The translations under genes were made by a program, and so were the position numbers. Below, one piece after another: positions 1 through 11,619 of a stretch of 64,000 bases of DNA. A model generated the notes under the pieces. The model did no database searches. It was not told the origin of the DNA and saw nothing but the letters and a program-made list of their open reading frames with translations. Within the stretch, counting starts at the first letter, position 1. Each line of letters starts with the position of its first letter. Source of the stretch: an uncultured Planctomycetota bacterium (GTDB lineage: Bacteria > Planctomycetota > Planctomycetia > Isosphaerales > Isosphaeraceae); the NCBI GenBank assembly GCA_963823665.1, contig CAWGMQ010000010.1, positions 224,001 to 288,000 on the forward strand, written 5' to 3'.

Positions 1-1637
1 GCACTCGAAAGCCCAAGCGGCTGGCAGCGCGACACGGCGCAGCGCCTCCTGTTGCATCGGCATGATCCCGAAGCGAACGCGCCGCTTCGCAAGCGAGTGC
101 GCGACACAAAGCACCCCAAGACGCGAGTGCAGGCGATCTGGACACTGGCGGACTTGAATGCCCTGGACGAACTGTCGATTCTGGCGGGCCTCGAAGATCC
201 CGATCGCAGGGTGCGCGAGAGTGTGGTCCCTGCGGTCTCGATGATGGAGCAATCGACCGTAGAGGTGTTCATCGCCTTGATCAAGCTGAGCGGTGACCCG
301 AATGCTCAAGTCCGATTTCAGTTGGCGCTGCGCTCGGCAACTTTGAGGGCAAACTCGCCGGTTCAACCTTGGCATCGCTTTCCGTCCGCGATCGGCACGA
401 CCCCTGGATGCGGGCCGCGGTCATGAGCTCGGCGGCGCATCACGCGGGTGAGCTGCTCCTCACCACCCTGTGCGCGAAAGCGGGCGGGCAGGTCGAACCG
501 GAGCCGTCCGCGGATATGCTCCCACCCCTCTTGAGCCTGGCCGTCTCACGGCGCGATCGTGCCGCGATCGATCTGATCGAGAAGGCAATCGCCAAGCCGG
601 ACGGACCGGATGGACAATACACACCGTGGCAATTCGCCGCCCTTGCGGTGCTGCTCGAAGCACGCGACCGGGTGAACGTTCAGCCGGCGGTCGACTTCGA
701 CGCTCCCTTTCTCGCCGTCTGGCCGGCAGCGCGTGCCACACTCGCCGACGAGAAGGCCGACGAAGGATTGCGTGCCGCGGCCGCTTCGCTCGTCGGTTAC
801 GGCGCCAGTCGCGCGACGGTGGGGCGTGCCGCCAATGATCGTGATCTGCTGCTCGGGCTTCTAAGTCCAAGGGTATCCGTCGGTCTTCAGCGAGCGGCAG
901 TCGTGGCATTGGGAAAGGCAACCGACCCCAAGATCGGCGATATGATGGTGCGTGATTGGAAAGCGCATTCCCCACAAGTACGAGACGTGATCCTCGATAC
1001 CTTGCTCAGCCGGCCGGCGTGGATATCGTCCCTGCTTTCCGCGCTCGAGGACACGTGTGTTCCGCCCGGAGAAATCGATCCGGCCCGGCGGCAGCGGCTG
1101 CTCACTCTTCGCGGTTCTGACTCGCTTCGGGCTCGCGCCGAGGCCGTCTTCGCGCACCAGGCGCAGTCGCGTAAGGCGGTGGTGGATTCGTTCCGCCCGG
1201 CACTGGCGATCGTGGGTGACCGGTCAAAAGGCGCCGTCGTGTTCAAGAAACTCTGCGCCTCATGCCATCGCCTGGGGAACGAAGGCGTGGAAGTCGGGCC
1301 CGACTTGGCGGCCCTGGCGGACAGATCACCCGAGGCGCTCTTGATCGCCGTGCTCGACCCGAACCGGGCGTTCGAGACGAAGTACGTCAGCTTCACGGTC
1401 GCCACCCGCGATGGCCGCATCTTGAATGGAATGGTGGCGAACGAATCTGCAACGGCCGTGACGCTGCGCCGTCAGGATGGCAAGGAAGACGTTCTGCTGC
1501 GATCGCAAATCGACGAAATGGCGTCCTCGGGGCAGTCGCTCATGCCCGAAGGAATGGAAAAAGACTTGAAACCGCGCGACCTTGCCGACTTGATCGCCTT
1601 TCTAGGATCGAGCGCCGCCCCGAAAACGTCCGAGTGA
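1..1637 (+). CDS. PVC-type heme-binding CxxCH protein (membrane-bound dehydrogenase family), C-terminal part; 5' end outside window; frameshift near 335
   Basis: Frame 1 open from base 1 (ALESPSGWQRDTAQRLL) with HEAT-like repeats (DPDRRVRE, DPNAQVRFQLAL); continues in ORF 369-1637 with CASCH, VGPDL, DPN and SLMPEG motifs of the planctomycete putative heme-binding domain. Confidence 0.85.
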
Positions 1638-1643
1638 ACAACC

Positions 1644-3056
1644 ATGTCCAAGCCGACTGACGTTCGACCGGTTGCCGTCGCGCTGTACTTCCTGCCGATC
1701 AAGAGCCGCGTGCCGCTCAAGTTTGGGCCGGAGGTCACGACCGAGGTGACTTGTGCGCGTGTGAAGATGACCGTCGAAGACCGCCAGGGAAAGCGCGCAT
1801 CGGGCTGGGGCGAGACGCCGCTCTCGGTCCAGTGGGTCTGGCCCAGCCAGTTGAGCTACGAAGAACGCCACCAGGCGCTGCGCAGCCTTTCGCTCGACAT
1901 CGCCCGGGCGTGGCTCAAATCACCCGTTGCTCCCGGTCATGCTATGGAAGTGGGCTATCGGTTCCAGGCCGAACTCCTGCCCACGCTCACTCATGATTTT
2001 AACGCTCAGGAATCGCGCGAGCGCGAAGGACTTCCCCACCTCGCCGCCCTCGTCTGCGCCTCGGCTTTCGACCTCGCCCTGCACGACGCCTACGGCGTTC
2101 TTCATGAGGTGTCGACCTACGAGACTTACAATCAACAGTTCATGAATGTGCCACTGCACGTTTTCCTGAAGCCCGCCGAGGGCTCGGATGTCAGTTTCAC
2201 CGATCGTTGGCCTCAAGAATTCCTGGTCCGCCCGCGGCTCGAGTCAATCCCAGCTTGGCACTTGATCGGGGGGAAGGACCCGGTCGATCCCTCCGAGCTG
2301 ACGGGAACCGAGCCCGACGATGGCTACCCTGTGCTCTTGCGCGATTGGATTCGCCGCGACGGGCTCAAGTGCTTGAAGGTGAAGCTCCGCGGCGACGACG
2401 CGGCCTCGGACTACGATCGGCTCGAAAAAGTCGGCAAGCTGGCGATCGACGAGAACGTCGACTGGCTCACGGCCGACTTCAACTGCACGGTCGGAGAGCC
2501 GCAGTACGTCAATGCCATTCTCGATCGCTTGATGAAAGAGCATCCGCGCGTCTACGGCATGTTGCTCTACGTCGAGCAGCCGTTCCCGTATGACCTGGAA
2601 GCGCACCGGATCGACGTGCGCAGCGTTTCGGCACGAAAGCCGCTCTTCATGGACGAAAGCGCGCACGATTGGCGGTTTGTGCAGCTCGGCCGCGAGCTGG
2701 GCTGGACCGGCGTCGCCCTCAAAACGTGCAAGACCCAGACCGGCGCGATTCTCGCGCTGTGCTGGGCGAAAGCGCACGGGATGACGCTGATGGTTCAAGA
2801 CCTGTCGAACCCCATGCTCGCCCAGATTCCACACGTGCTGCTGGCCGCCCACGCCGGCACGATCATGGGGGTGGAGTCAAACGGCATGCAGTTCTACCCC
2901 GATGCGTCACTCCCCGAGGCGGCGGTCCATCCGGGTCTTTACCGGCGCAGCGGTGGGATGCTTGATCTATCCTCGGTGCGAGGTCCGGGCTTCGGCTATC
3001 GCATCGGCGAGATCAAGCGAGAGCTCGTGGACGCAACGTTTGCCGATGAGGTGTGA
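1644..3056 (+). CDS. Mandelate racemase/muconate lactonizing (enolase superfamily) protein
   Basis: 470 aa; KVK motif (LKVKL), acidic metal ligands in ADFN, YVEQP, MDES; C-terminal GPGFG; starts 7 bp after the upstream stop. Confidence 0.8.
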   Translation: MSKPTDVRPVAVALYFLPIKSRVPLKFGPEVTTEVTCARVKMTVEDRQGKRASGWGETPLSVQWVWPSQLSYEERHQALRSLSLDIARAWLKSPVAPGHAMEVGYRFQAELLPTLTHDFNAQESREREGLPHLAALVCASAFDLALHDAYGVLHEVSTYETYNQQFMNVPLHVFLKPAEGSDVSFTDRWPQEFLVRPRLESIPAWHLIGGKDPVDPSELTGTEPDDGYPVLLRDWIRRDGLKCLKVKLRGDDAASDYDRLEKVGKLAIDENVDWLTADFNCTVGEPQYVNAILDRLMKEHPRVYGMLLYVEQPFPYDLEAHRIDVRSVSARKPLFMDESAHDWRFVQLGRELGWTGVALKTCKTQTGAILALCWAKAHGMTLMVQDLSNPMLAQIPHVLLAAHAGTIMGVESNGMQFYPDASLPEAAVHPGLYRRSGGMLDLSSVRGPGFGYRIGEIKRELVDATFADEV

Positions 3057-3082
3057 GGGCACTCGAGCCGAGCTCGATCGAT

Positions 3083-3104
3083 GTAGGGTCCGCCGTTGCG
3101 GACC
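3083..3104 (+). repeat. GTAG-type REP-like palindrome
   Basis: GTAG-GGTCCGC-CGTT-GCGGACC, 7-bp stem, between convergent genes. Confidence 0.6.
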
Positions 3105-3130
3105 GTCCGGCCGATAATCGCGCTCGCGAG

Positions 3131-3653
<523 letters not shown>

Positions 3654-3873
3654 TCATCGTACGGACGTTCGGTGCTTTCGCCAAGAGTTCGTCCGGTGTG
3701 TAGTGACGGCCATTGCGGACATGCTAGAGTGGTACCGCCAGATGAAGGTGGTGAGCGGCTGCTTCTTCCAGGCGGCTCCAAGCGAAATCCCGACTCCGGG
3801 CCAGGGCCCCGCCATCCCTGGCGCTGGCACTCAGTCTCCGCGTGATCGTCCTCTTCTGACGGAGCCCACACTC

Positions 3874-5283
3874 ATGCCCACGCTGCTCGCCAGGAACGCC
3901 GAAGTACTGGTGACCATGGATGGCTCCCGGCGCGAGCTGAAGGGCGCCGGACTCTTCACACGGGACGGAATCATCGAGCAGGTCGGTGCGACAGCCGAGC
4001 TGCCCGATACGGCCGACCTGGTGCTCGATCTCTCCGGCCAGATCGTCTTGCCCGGCTTCGTGAATACACACCACCACTTAGACCAGACGCTCACGCGCAA
4101 CCTGCCGGCCGCGCAGAACAATAATCTTTTTCCCTGGCTCAAGGTGCACTACCGGCTCTGGGCGCGCCGCACGCCCGAGGCGACGCGCTGGTCGACGCTG
4201 GTTGGCCTCGCCGAGCTGGCGGCATCCGGCTGCACGACAGTCTTCGATCACTCGTATGTCTTTCCAAACGGCTGCCGCGTCGACGACCAGATCGCCGCGG
4301 CGCAGGAAATCGGTGTCCGCTTCCACGCCTGCCGCGGCTCGATGTCGCTCGGCGAGTCGCGCGGCGGTCTGCCGCCGGACGACTGCGTCGAGGGTGAAGG
4401 AGCGATTCTCAAGGACTGCGTGCGCGCGATCGAAGCCTATCACGATGACCGCAAGGGCGCAATGACCCGCGTCGTGCTCGGCCCGTGCTCACCCTTTTCC
4501 GTCAGCACCGACTTGCTCAAAGAATCGGCCAAGCTGGCACGCGCCTACAAGGTGTCGCTGCACACGCATCTTTGTGAAACCTGGGACGAAGAGCGCTACA
4601 CGCTCGAGCGCTACCGGCTTCGCCCGGTCGCCTGGATGGAGACCTTGGGCTGGCTTGGCGATGACGTATGGTTCGCGCATGCGGTGCACGTTGATGACGA
4701 CGAGATCCGCCAGTTTGCCCGGAGCGGAGTCGGCGCCGCGCATTGTCCGTGCTCGAACATGCGTCTCGCATCCGGCATTGCCCCCATCAAGAAGTACCTG
4801 GCCGCCGGCGTGAAGGTCGGCCTGGGTGTGGACGGCTCGGCCAGCAATGACGCGTCGAATATTCTGCTCGAGGCGCGGCAAGCCCTGCTCCTGGCACGGC
4901 TGCGGCTTGGTTTGTTTCCACCCGAGGGACCGCGGCAGTTCTTCCTGCTTTCGCAGTCGGATCCATTGCGTGCCCACGAATGGATGACCGCGCGCGAGGC
5001 GCTCGAGTTTGCCACCCGCGGCGGTGCGGCGGTGCTGGGCCGCGACGATATCGGCTCGCTCGAGCCCGGCAAATGCGCCGACTTCTTCAGCATTAACCTC
5101 CACACAGTTGATTATGCCGGAGCCCTGAACGATCCGGTCGCCGCCACGCTGTTCTGTGCGCCGCAAAAGGCACGATACACAGTGATCGGTGGCCGCGTCA
5201 TCGTGGAGAACGGCGTGGTCGTCACCGTCGACATGGGGCCGGTGATCGAGGCGCACAATCGTTTCTCCCTGTCGATCGCCTGA
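3874..5283 (+). CDS. 8-oxoguanine deaminase-like amidohydrolase (AtzA/SsnA family)
   Basis: NTHHHL, GPCSPFS, LHTHLCET, AHAVH, AHCPCSNMRLASG, GVDGSASND motifs; ATG 3874 after GGAG RBS. Confidence 0.85.
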   Translation: MPTLLARNAEVLVTMDGSRRELKGAGLFTRDGIIEQVGATAELPDTADLVLDLSGQIVLPGFVNTHHHLDQTLTRNLPAAQNNNLFPWLKVHYRLWARRTPEATRWSTLVGLAELAASGCTTVFDHSYVFPNGCRVDDQIAAAQEIGVRFHACRGSMSLGESRGGLPPDDCVEGEGAILKDCVRAIEAYHDDRKGAMTRVVLGPCSPFSVSTDLLKESAKLARAYKVSLHTHLCETWDEERYTLERYRLRPVAWMETLGWLGDDVWFAHAVHVDDDEIRQFARSGVGAAHCPCSNMRLASGIAPIKKYLAAGVKVGLGVDGSASNDASNILLEARQALLLARLRLGLFPPEGPRQFFLLSQSDPLRAHEWMTAREALEFATRGGAAVLGRDDIGSLEPGKCADFFSINLHTVDYAGALNDPVAATLFCAPQKARYTVIGGRVIVENGVVVTVDMGPVIEAHNRFSLSIA

Positions 5284-5480
5284 CGGAATTGATGTTCTAT
5301 GCTACGAGTGGCCGCGGTCGCCGGCGCGCTCCGTCAAACAGACAGGCGCGCCCCGCATTGAACGATTCTGGATTCTTATTCCATCGATCGGGCGGAAAGA
5401 ATAGAATCTCTTTGGTGTCGCTTGGGCTTTGCTTGCCCGGAATTCACGCACCATCTCCAGCCATCTGGCGGCTGCCATCC

Positions 5481-6310
5481 ATGGACCTGAACACAGTCAA
5501 TCGAGTTCGCCGCCCCGCTCGCGCCGAGGAGATCGCCTCCTGGGAAGCCGGATTTGCCTGGCTCGCCGGTGGTACCTGGCTCTTCTCGGAGCCCCAGGTC
5601 GACGTCCACACGCTTGATCGATCTCGAGTCGCTCGAATGGCCGTCACTGCAAGCCGTCGGACGACGGCCTGGAGATTGCCGCGACGTGCCGGGTTGTCGA
5701 GCTCGATCAGTTCGTCGAGAAAGCACCCGCGGGCTGGACCGCAGCTCCCGCTCTTCCGCCAGTGCTGCCGGTCCTTTCTGTCCTCGTTCAAGATCTGGAA
5801 CGAGGCGACGGTGGGCGGAAACATCTGCATGTCGCTGCCGGCGGGACCGATGATCTCGCTCACGGCTGCACTTGAGGGCGTCGCGACGCTCTGGCCCAGG
5901 AGCGGTGCACCGCGGCAGGTCGCCGTGGTCGATTTCGTCACCGGCAACCACCAGAACGTCCTCGCACCCGGCGAGTTACTGCGATCGATATTCCTGCCCG
6001 CGCACGCGCTCCGCAAGAAGTTCGCCTTCCGGCGGTTCACGCTCACGCATCTGGGGCGATCTGAAGTGCTCCTGATCGGCACCCGCTGCCCGCGAGAGCG
6101 GTGAATTCCTGCTCACGATCACCGCCGCCACTCTCCGCCCGGTCCAGCTCCGCTTTGAAGGCGTGCCGGCCGCGGACGAGCTGAAACGCGCGATCGACGA
6201 CGCCGTGCCGTTCAGCCTTTACCTCGACGACGTGCACGGGTCGCCTGCTCACCGCAAGCACTTGACGCATTACTTCGCGCGAACAGATTCGCTCGGAACT
6301 CGCCCACTGA
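5481..6310 (+). CDS. Xanthine dehydrogenase family FAD-binding subunit (several frameshifts near 5620, 5660, 6100, 6280)
   Basis: LAGGTWLFSEPQ, LIDL (alternate frame), KIWNEATVGGNICMSLPAGP, YLDDVHGSPAHRKHLT spread across frames. Confidence 0.8.
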
Positions 6311-6334
6311 ACGCTCTCGAAGCGGGAAACCGTC

Positions 6335-9055
6335 ATGAACTATCGGATCAACGGCAAATCATTCGCGGCGGAGCCTCGTCCCGGCCAGTGCTTGCGAACC
6401 TTTCTGCGCAGCCTGGGCTGGTTCGGAGTGAAAAAAGGATGTGACGCCGGCGATTGCGGCGCATGCACGGTCTGGCTCGATGGCAAGCCCGTCCACAGTT
6501 GCCTCGTTCCCGCATTCCGGGCCGAGGGCCGCGAGGTCACCACGCTCGAGGGGCTCGCCAAGGGCGGCAAGCTCCATCCGATGCAGCAGGCGTTTCTCGA
6601 CGCCCAGGCGTTCCAGTGCGGCTTTTGCGCCGCCGGGATGATCATGACGTCGGCGAGCCTCTCCGAGAATGCAAAGCAGGATCTTCCCTTCCATTTGAAG
6701 GGAAACCTCTGTCGTTGCACCGGCTATCACGCGATCGAGGATGCGATCCGCGGCATCGCTTCCGTCGAGGAAGACAGCGCGGGCCATGCCTGCGGAGCCA
6801 GCCTTGCCAGCCCGCTCGCAGCGAGCCGATCGTCACCGGCAACGCCCGTTACACGATGGACGTCGAGATGGAGGGGATGCTGCACCTCAAGGTCGTGCGC
6901 TCACCGCACGCGCACGCACGCATCACGGCCATCCGCAAGGAAAAGGCGCTCGCCGTTCCGGGCGTCCACGCCGTCTTCACCTGGCACGACGTGCCGCGGC
7001 GGGCCTTCACGACGGCCTGTCACGACGACTTCCGCGTCGATCCCGACGACACCTACATGCTCGACAACGTCGCGCGGTTCGTCGGCCAGCGGGTCGCCGC
7101 CGTGGTCGCCGAAACCGAGGCCGCCGCCGAGGAGGGCTGCCGGCTGGTGGAACTCGACTACGAGGTGCTGCCCGCCGTGTTCGACCCCGAGGAGGCCATG
7201 ATTCCCGGCGCACCGCAAATTCATGGCGACAAGGACATCAACTCCCGGATCGAAGACATCGCGCACAACGTCTTCAAGAAAATCGAAGCCGAAACCGGTG
7301 ATGTGACCGCGGGATTCGCCGAGGCGGATGCAATTTACGAAGGCACGTTTTCGATGCCCAAGATCCAGCACGCGCACATGGAAACCCATGGCACGATCGC
7401 CTGGCTCACCTCCGACCAGCGCGTCCACGTCCGCACCAGCACCCAGACCCCTCACCTCGTCAAGAATCAAGCTCGCCCACCTGTTCCACATGTATCCGCA
7501 GCAGTTCCACGTTTTTTCCGAATTCGTCGGTGGCGGGTTCGGCGGCAAGCAGGAGCTGCTCACCGAAGACTTGTGCGTACTGGCGGCGCTCCAGACCGGC
7601 CGCCCGGTGAAATGGGAATTCACGCGGTCCGAGCAGTTCACCGCGTCGACCTCGCGCCATCCGATGAAGATCACGATCAAGCTGGGCGCGAAGAAGGACG
7701 GCACGCTCACCGCAATGCAAATCCACACCGTCTCCGACACCGGAGCCTACGGCAACCACGGCGGCGAGGTCCTGGCCTCGTCGCTCGGCTCGTCGATGGC
7801 CACCTACCGCTGCCCCAACAAGAAGGGCACCGGCTATGCGGTCTACACGAATACGGTGCCCTCGGGCGCCTTCCGGGGATACGGCGCGTCACAACCGGCC
7901 TTCGCCATCGAGTCGGCCATCGACGAGCTGGGCCGCAAGCTGGGCATCGACCCGTTCACGATGCGGCGCAAGAACATGATCCGCGCGCACGATCCGGTGC
8001 ACAGCATCTGGCCCTTCCCGCACGACGGCGTGATCGGCAGCTATGGCCTGGATCAGTGCCTCGATCTCGTCGAAAAAGCCCTGGCCAGCGGCCGGGGCGA
8101 GCCCAAACCCGATGGCGACGAATGGCTGGAAGGCAAGAGGTGTCGCCATCCATGCCCAGGACTGTGCCCCCCCCACGGAGCACCGCTCGGAATCCCACCT
8201 GTCGCTGCTGCCCGACGGAACCTATCACCTGGCGGTGGGCTCGGCGGAATTCGGCAACGGCATCCGGAACGCGCAGCGGCAGGTCGCCGCCACCGTGCTC
8301 AACTCGCGGGCCGCGGCCATCTTCAATGGATTTTGTCGACACCGACAAAACGCCCTACGACACGGGCACCTTCGCCAGCACGGGCATCAGCGTGGCGACG
8401 CTCGGCGTCCAGAGGGCCGCCGAAGCCTTGCGCGAAAACCTTCTCGACCTGGCCAGTGAGGTTTCCGGCGTGCCCGTCGAACAATGCCGCCTCGAGGACG
8501 GGCATGTGCGCTGCGGGGATCGATCGCTCTCGTTGCAAAAGCTCCACGACGAGCGCACCGCTTCCAGACAAGCTCCACGTGTCGCGCAAGGTGTACGGGT
8601 CGCCTCGTTCCACGGCCTTCATGGCCCATGGTTTTCGCATCGCCGTGCATCGCGTCACCGGCGAGATCCGCATCCTGCAGAGCGTGCAAGCCTTCGACGC
8701 CGGCAAGATCATCAACCCCATGCAGGCGCAGGGACAGCTCGAGGGCGGAATCGCCCAGGGGATCGGCACGACCCTGTTCGAGCGGATGGTGATCGACGCC
8801 TCGGGCGCCGTCGTGAATCCAACCTTCCGGAATTACCGCATTCCCGCTTTCGCCGACATCCCCCGATCCGAGGTTTTCTTCGTCGAGACTCACGACCGCT
8901 ATGGTCCGCTGGGTGCCAAGCCCTTCGGCGAGGCCCCCATCATCCCCGTCGCTCCCGCCATGGGCAACGCGCTCGCCGACGCAACGGGCATTCGCTTCCA
9001 CAGCCTGCCCTTCAGCGCCGACCGAATTTTCTCGCGCCTGGCAGAGTTGCAGTGA
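6335..9055 (+). CDS. Xanthine dehydrogenase family fused 2Fe-2S + molybdopterin-binding subunit (frameshifts near 6820, 7465, 8140, 8325, 8560)
   Basis: GCDAGDCGACTV, QCGFC, NLCRCTGY; then RSPHAHA, GGGFGGK, AFRGYG, GQLEGGIAQGIG, GAKPFGEAP in successive frames. Confidence 0.85.
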
Positions 9056-9093
9056 AACGGGCGATCACGGATCGCTCTACCCGGGAGAAACGC

Positions 9094-9782
9094 ATGAGTC
9101 CCGCACCCGCACCCGCGACCGATCCGATTCTCCCCGGCGATATCGTTGTGCGCGGGTCTCCACGGTCGTGGTTCAACGCGTGCCGTCGGACCGCGTGCCG
9201 CGCTTCCTGGAATGCCAGCGCGCTTTGATCGGCGCCGCCAAGGGCTTTTCCGGCTACCAGTCGACCGAGCTGATTCCGCCGTCCGAGGATCGGCCGGAAG
9301 AGTGGGTGGCGATCCTTCACTTCAACGACAACCCATCGCTTGAACGCTGGCTCGACTCACCGGTGCGCGCCGAGTGGGTAAGAAAACTCCGCGACGAAAT
9401 CGGCGACTTCGAGCTCAAGACCTTGCCGTCCGGCTTCGGCGTCTGGTTCGCCGGGCTCGCCACGGGCCCCGATCGCCCGCCTCCTGCGTCGTGGAAAATC
9501 GCGATGACCGTGCTCCTGGGACTCTATCCGATCGTCATGGTTCTTGCCGTGTTCACCGGGCCTTTGATTTCCCTCCTGGGAATGGCTGCGGTGATGCTCA
9601 TCAGCAATGCCATCAGCGTCGCCATCGGCCAATGGATCACGATGCCGCTCCTGACCAACCTTCTGCGCCCCTGGTTCGACGCGAATACACCCGACAAAGG
9701 GGCCTTTTCGATCGGCGTGCTCATCCTGATGTGGCTGTTCCTCGGATGTCTCGTCGTGCTGTTCCGCTTCGCGACCGGCTAG
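9094..9782 (+). CDS. Antibiotic-biosynthesis-monooxygenase-like domain + C-terminal membrane region (COG3224-like); frameshift near 9150
   Basis: FSGYQS...F...LERWLDSPVRAEW...GFGVWF...PPASWKIAMTVLLGLYP followed by 3 hydrophobic segments. Confidence 0.7.
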
Positions 9783-9804
9783 ATGTTCAGAACCGATCGC
9801 ACCC

Positions 9805-9864
9805 GTAGGTCAGGCTTCAGCCTGACGATTCCGTACTCCGGCGTCGGTCCAAAGCCTGACCAAC
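9805..9864 (+). repeat. GTAG-type REP doublet (intact copy + degenerate inverted copy)
   Basis: GTAG-GTCAGGC-TTCA-GCCTGAC at 9805-9826; gtcggtccaaagcctgaccaac at 9843-9864 resembles its reverse complement. Confidence 0.55.
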
Positions 9865-9867
9865 GGG

Positions 9868-10878
9868 ATGACAGTCTCCGCAATTCCACGTGTCACACCG
9901 GACTTCCGCACCATGACCACCCAGCCGACATTCTCCGCAGCAGGGCTCCCCGAAAATCTGATCGCTCCCGACGCCCGCACCGCGGTCGCGACGCGAACCT
10001 GCCTCCTCGAAGGCCCCGCTTTCGACTCCGACGGCAGCCTGTATTTCAGCGACATCATCGGCAACCGCATTTACCGTTTGGCGCCCAACGGGTCGCGCAC
10101 GATCTTTCGCGAGGACAGCGGCCGCACGAACGGCAACACGTTTGACGACCAGGGGCGTTTGATCAGTTGCGAGGGAGCCGAGTTCGGACCAGGCGGCCGC
10201 CGCAGGATCGTTCGCACCGAATTGAAGACCGGTGCAATCGAGGTGCTCACCGAGCGATTCGAGGGAAAACGCTACAACAGCCCGAATGATGTCGTCGTCG
10301 ACAGTGTGGGCCGCATCTGGTTCACCGACCCGTACTACTCCGAGGATCGCAGCTCCCTCGAAATGACCGAAGAGGCCGTCTATCGAATCGACCCGGACGG
10401 CTCCGTCGAACGCGTTGTGACCCAGCCCCAGATCGAGCGGCCCAACGGACTGGCAGTCACCCCCGACGACAAGACGCTCTACTTGATCGACAGCCATACC
10501 CGCCCCGGTGGAAACCGCAAAGTCTGGGCGTTCGATCTTGCCCACGACGGCACCTTGAGCGGCCAGCGCCTGGTCTTCGACTTCGGCCGCGGCCGCGGCG
10601 GCGACGGCATGCGGCTCGATGTGCGCGGCAACCTCTGGGTCGCCGCGGGAATCCTGCTGCCTCGCCACGCCGGCGAGACCGATGACGTGCTGGCTGGCGT
10701 TTATGTGATCACACCCAAAGGCGAGCTGCTCGGGCGCATTCCGATTCCCGAGGACCTCTGCACCAATCTGGCCTTCGGAGGGCCGGAGCGAAATCTCCTT
10801 TTCGTGACGGCGGGCAAGACGATTTTCAAGATCCACGTGGCTGTCTCGGGTTACGCTTTATTTCCGCCGTCAAAGTAG
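9868..10878 (+). CDS. SMP-30/gluconolactonase family beta-propeller
   Basis: LEGPAFD, YFSDI, NSPND, WFTDP, RPNGL, GDGMRLD, TNLAFGG; alternative start 9913. Confidence 0.9.
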   Translation: MTVSAIPRVTPDFRTMTTQPTFSAAGLPENLIAPDARTAVATRTCLLEGPAFDSDGSLYFSDIIGNRIYRLAPNGSRTIFREDSGRTNGNTFDDQGRLISCEGAEFGPGGRRRIVRTELKTGAIEVLTERFEGKRYNSPNDVVVDSVGRIWFTDPYYSEDRSSLEMTEEAVYRIDPDGSVERVVTQPQIERPNGLAVTPDDKTLYLIDSHTRPGGNRKVWAFDLAHDGTLSGQRLVFDFGRGRGGDGMRLDVRGNLWVAAGILLPRHAGETDDVLAGVYVITPKGELLGRIPIPEDLCTNLAFGGPERNLLFVTAGKTIFKIHVAVSGYALFPPSK

Positions 10879-11196
10879 GCCGCTAAGTAGACTCCGAGCC
10901 GCGTCATGCCAAACGAACTCGCTTCGAGAGAATCGTGGCGCTGCGGCGAGCGAGTCATCCTCAAAACGGATTGTCCGTTCGAGGCAACGTAAATAGGCCA
11001 GATGCTAGTCGCCTCACTTCAAATCGGTGTCGTTCAGGCAAGTTGCCCGCAGGTTGCGCCCGCTCTGCACCTCGGGCCGTCAAATGTCGTCCCCCGGACC
11101 TTGTTCCTCATCAGGTCGCCTGTCATCTCGCGATGCATTTTTCACTCATGCATGATCTGAGAAAGTGCGAAGATCGCGTTAAATAGGCGAGATTAG

Positions 11197-11225
11197 TTGA
11201 CATCGACCCCTCTGCCTACTAGCAT
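11197..11225 (+). promoter_or_regulatory. Sigma70-type promoter upstream of the giant Gly-rich gene
   Basis: TTGACA (11197-11202), 17 bp, TAGCAT (11220-11225). Confidence 0.55.
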
Positions 11226-11619
11226 GATAGTGTGCAGGTAGTATCTTGCGGCGAGTTTTTTCCCCCAAGCATTCCAGCTACGAGCGCGTCGAAGCAGCTC
11301 AACTGTCAGGATCGTCGAAGACAACTGAAGATGTCTGCGACACCGGATGCGTCCGTGGCCGTCCTGCCGGGGCAGAGCACGTTCGCTCAAACTTCTCGGT
11401 GATCCCTCCGCGGCGAAGTCTTCCGTTTGGGCTGACCAATTGCAGTGAGGCATGCCGCGCGAGTTGGTGTTCTATGGTTTGAGCGGTGAAAGCTCGAGAC
11501 CGTCGAAGATCGGGTTGATGTTCACGAGGCAATATCAGCGTTGAGGCGCCCGCCTGCCGATCGACCGTTTCGAGTGGTCGACGATCGCTTATTGTCTCTT
11601 ATTGGTGAGGAGCTTGGCC

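Noticed and set aside
5481..9055. Programmed frameshifting or certain pseudogenisation of xdh
   Set aside because: No consistent slippery motifs; similar indels occur across the window, favouring sequencing error
6454..9228. 924-aa ORF as a separate protein
   Set aside because: Only internal parts match the Mo subunit; it is a by-product of frameshifts
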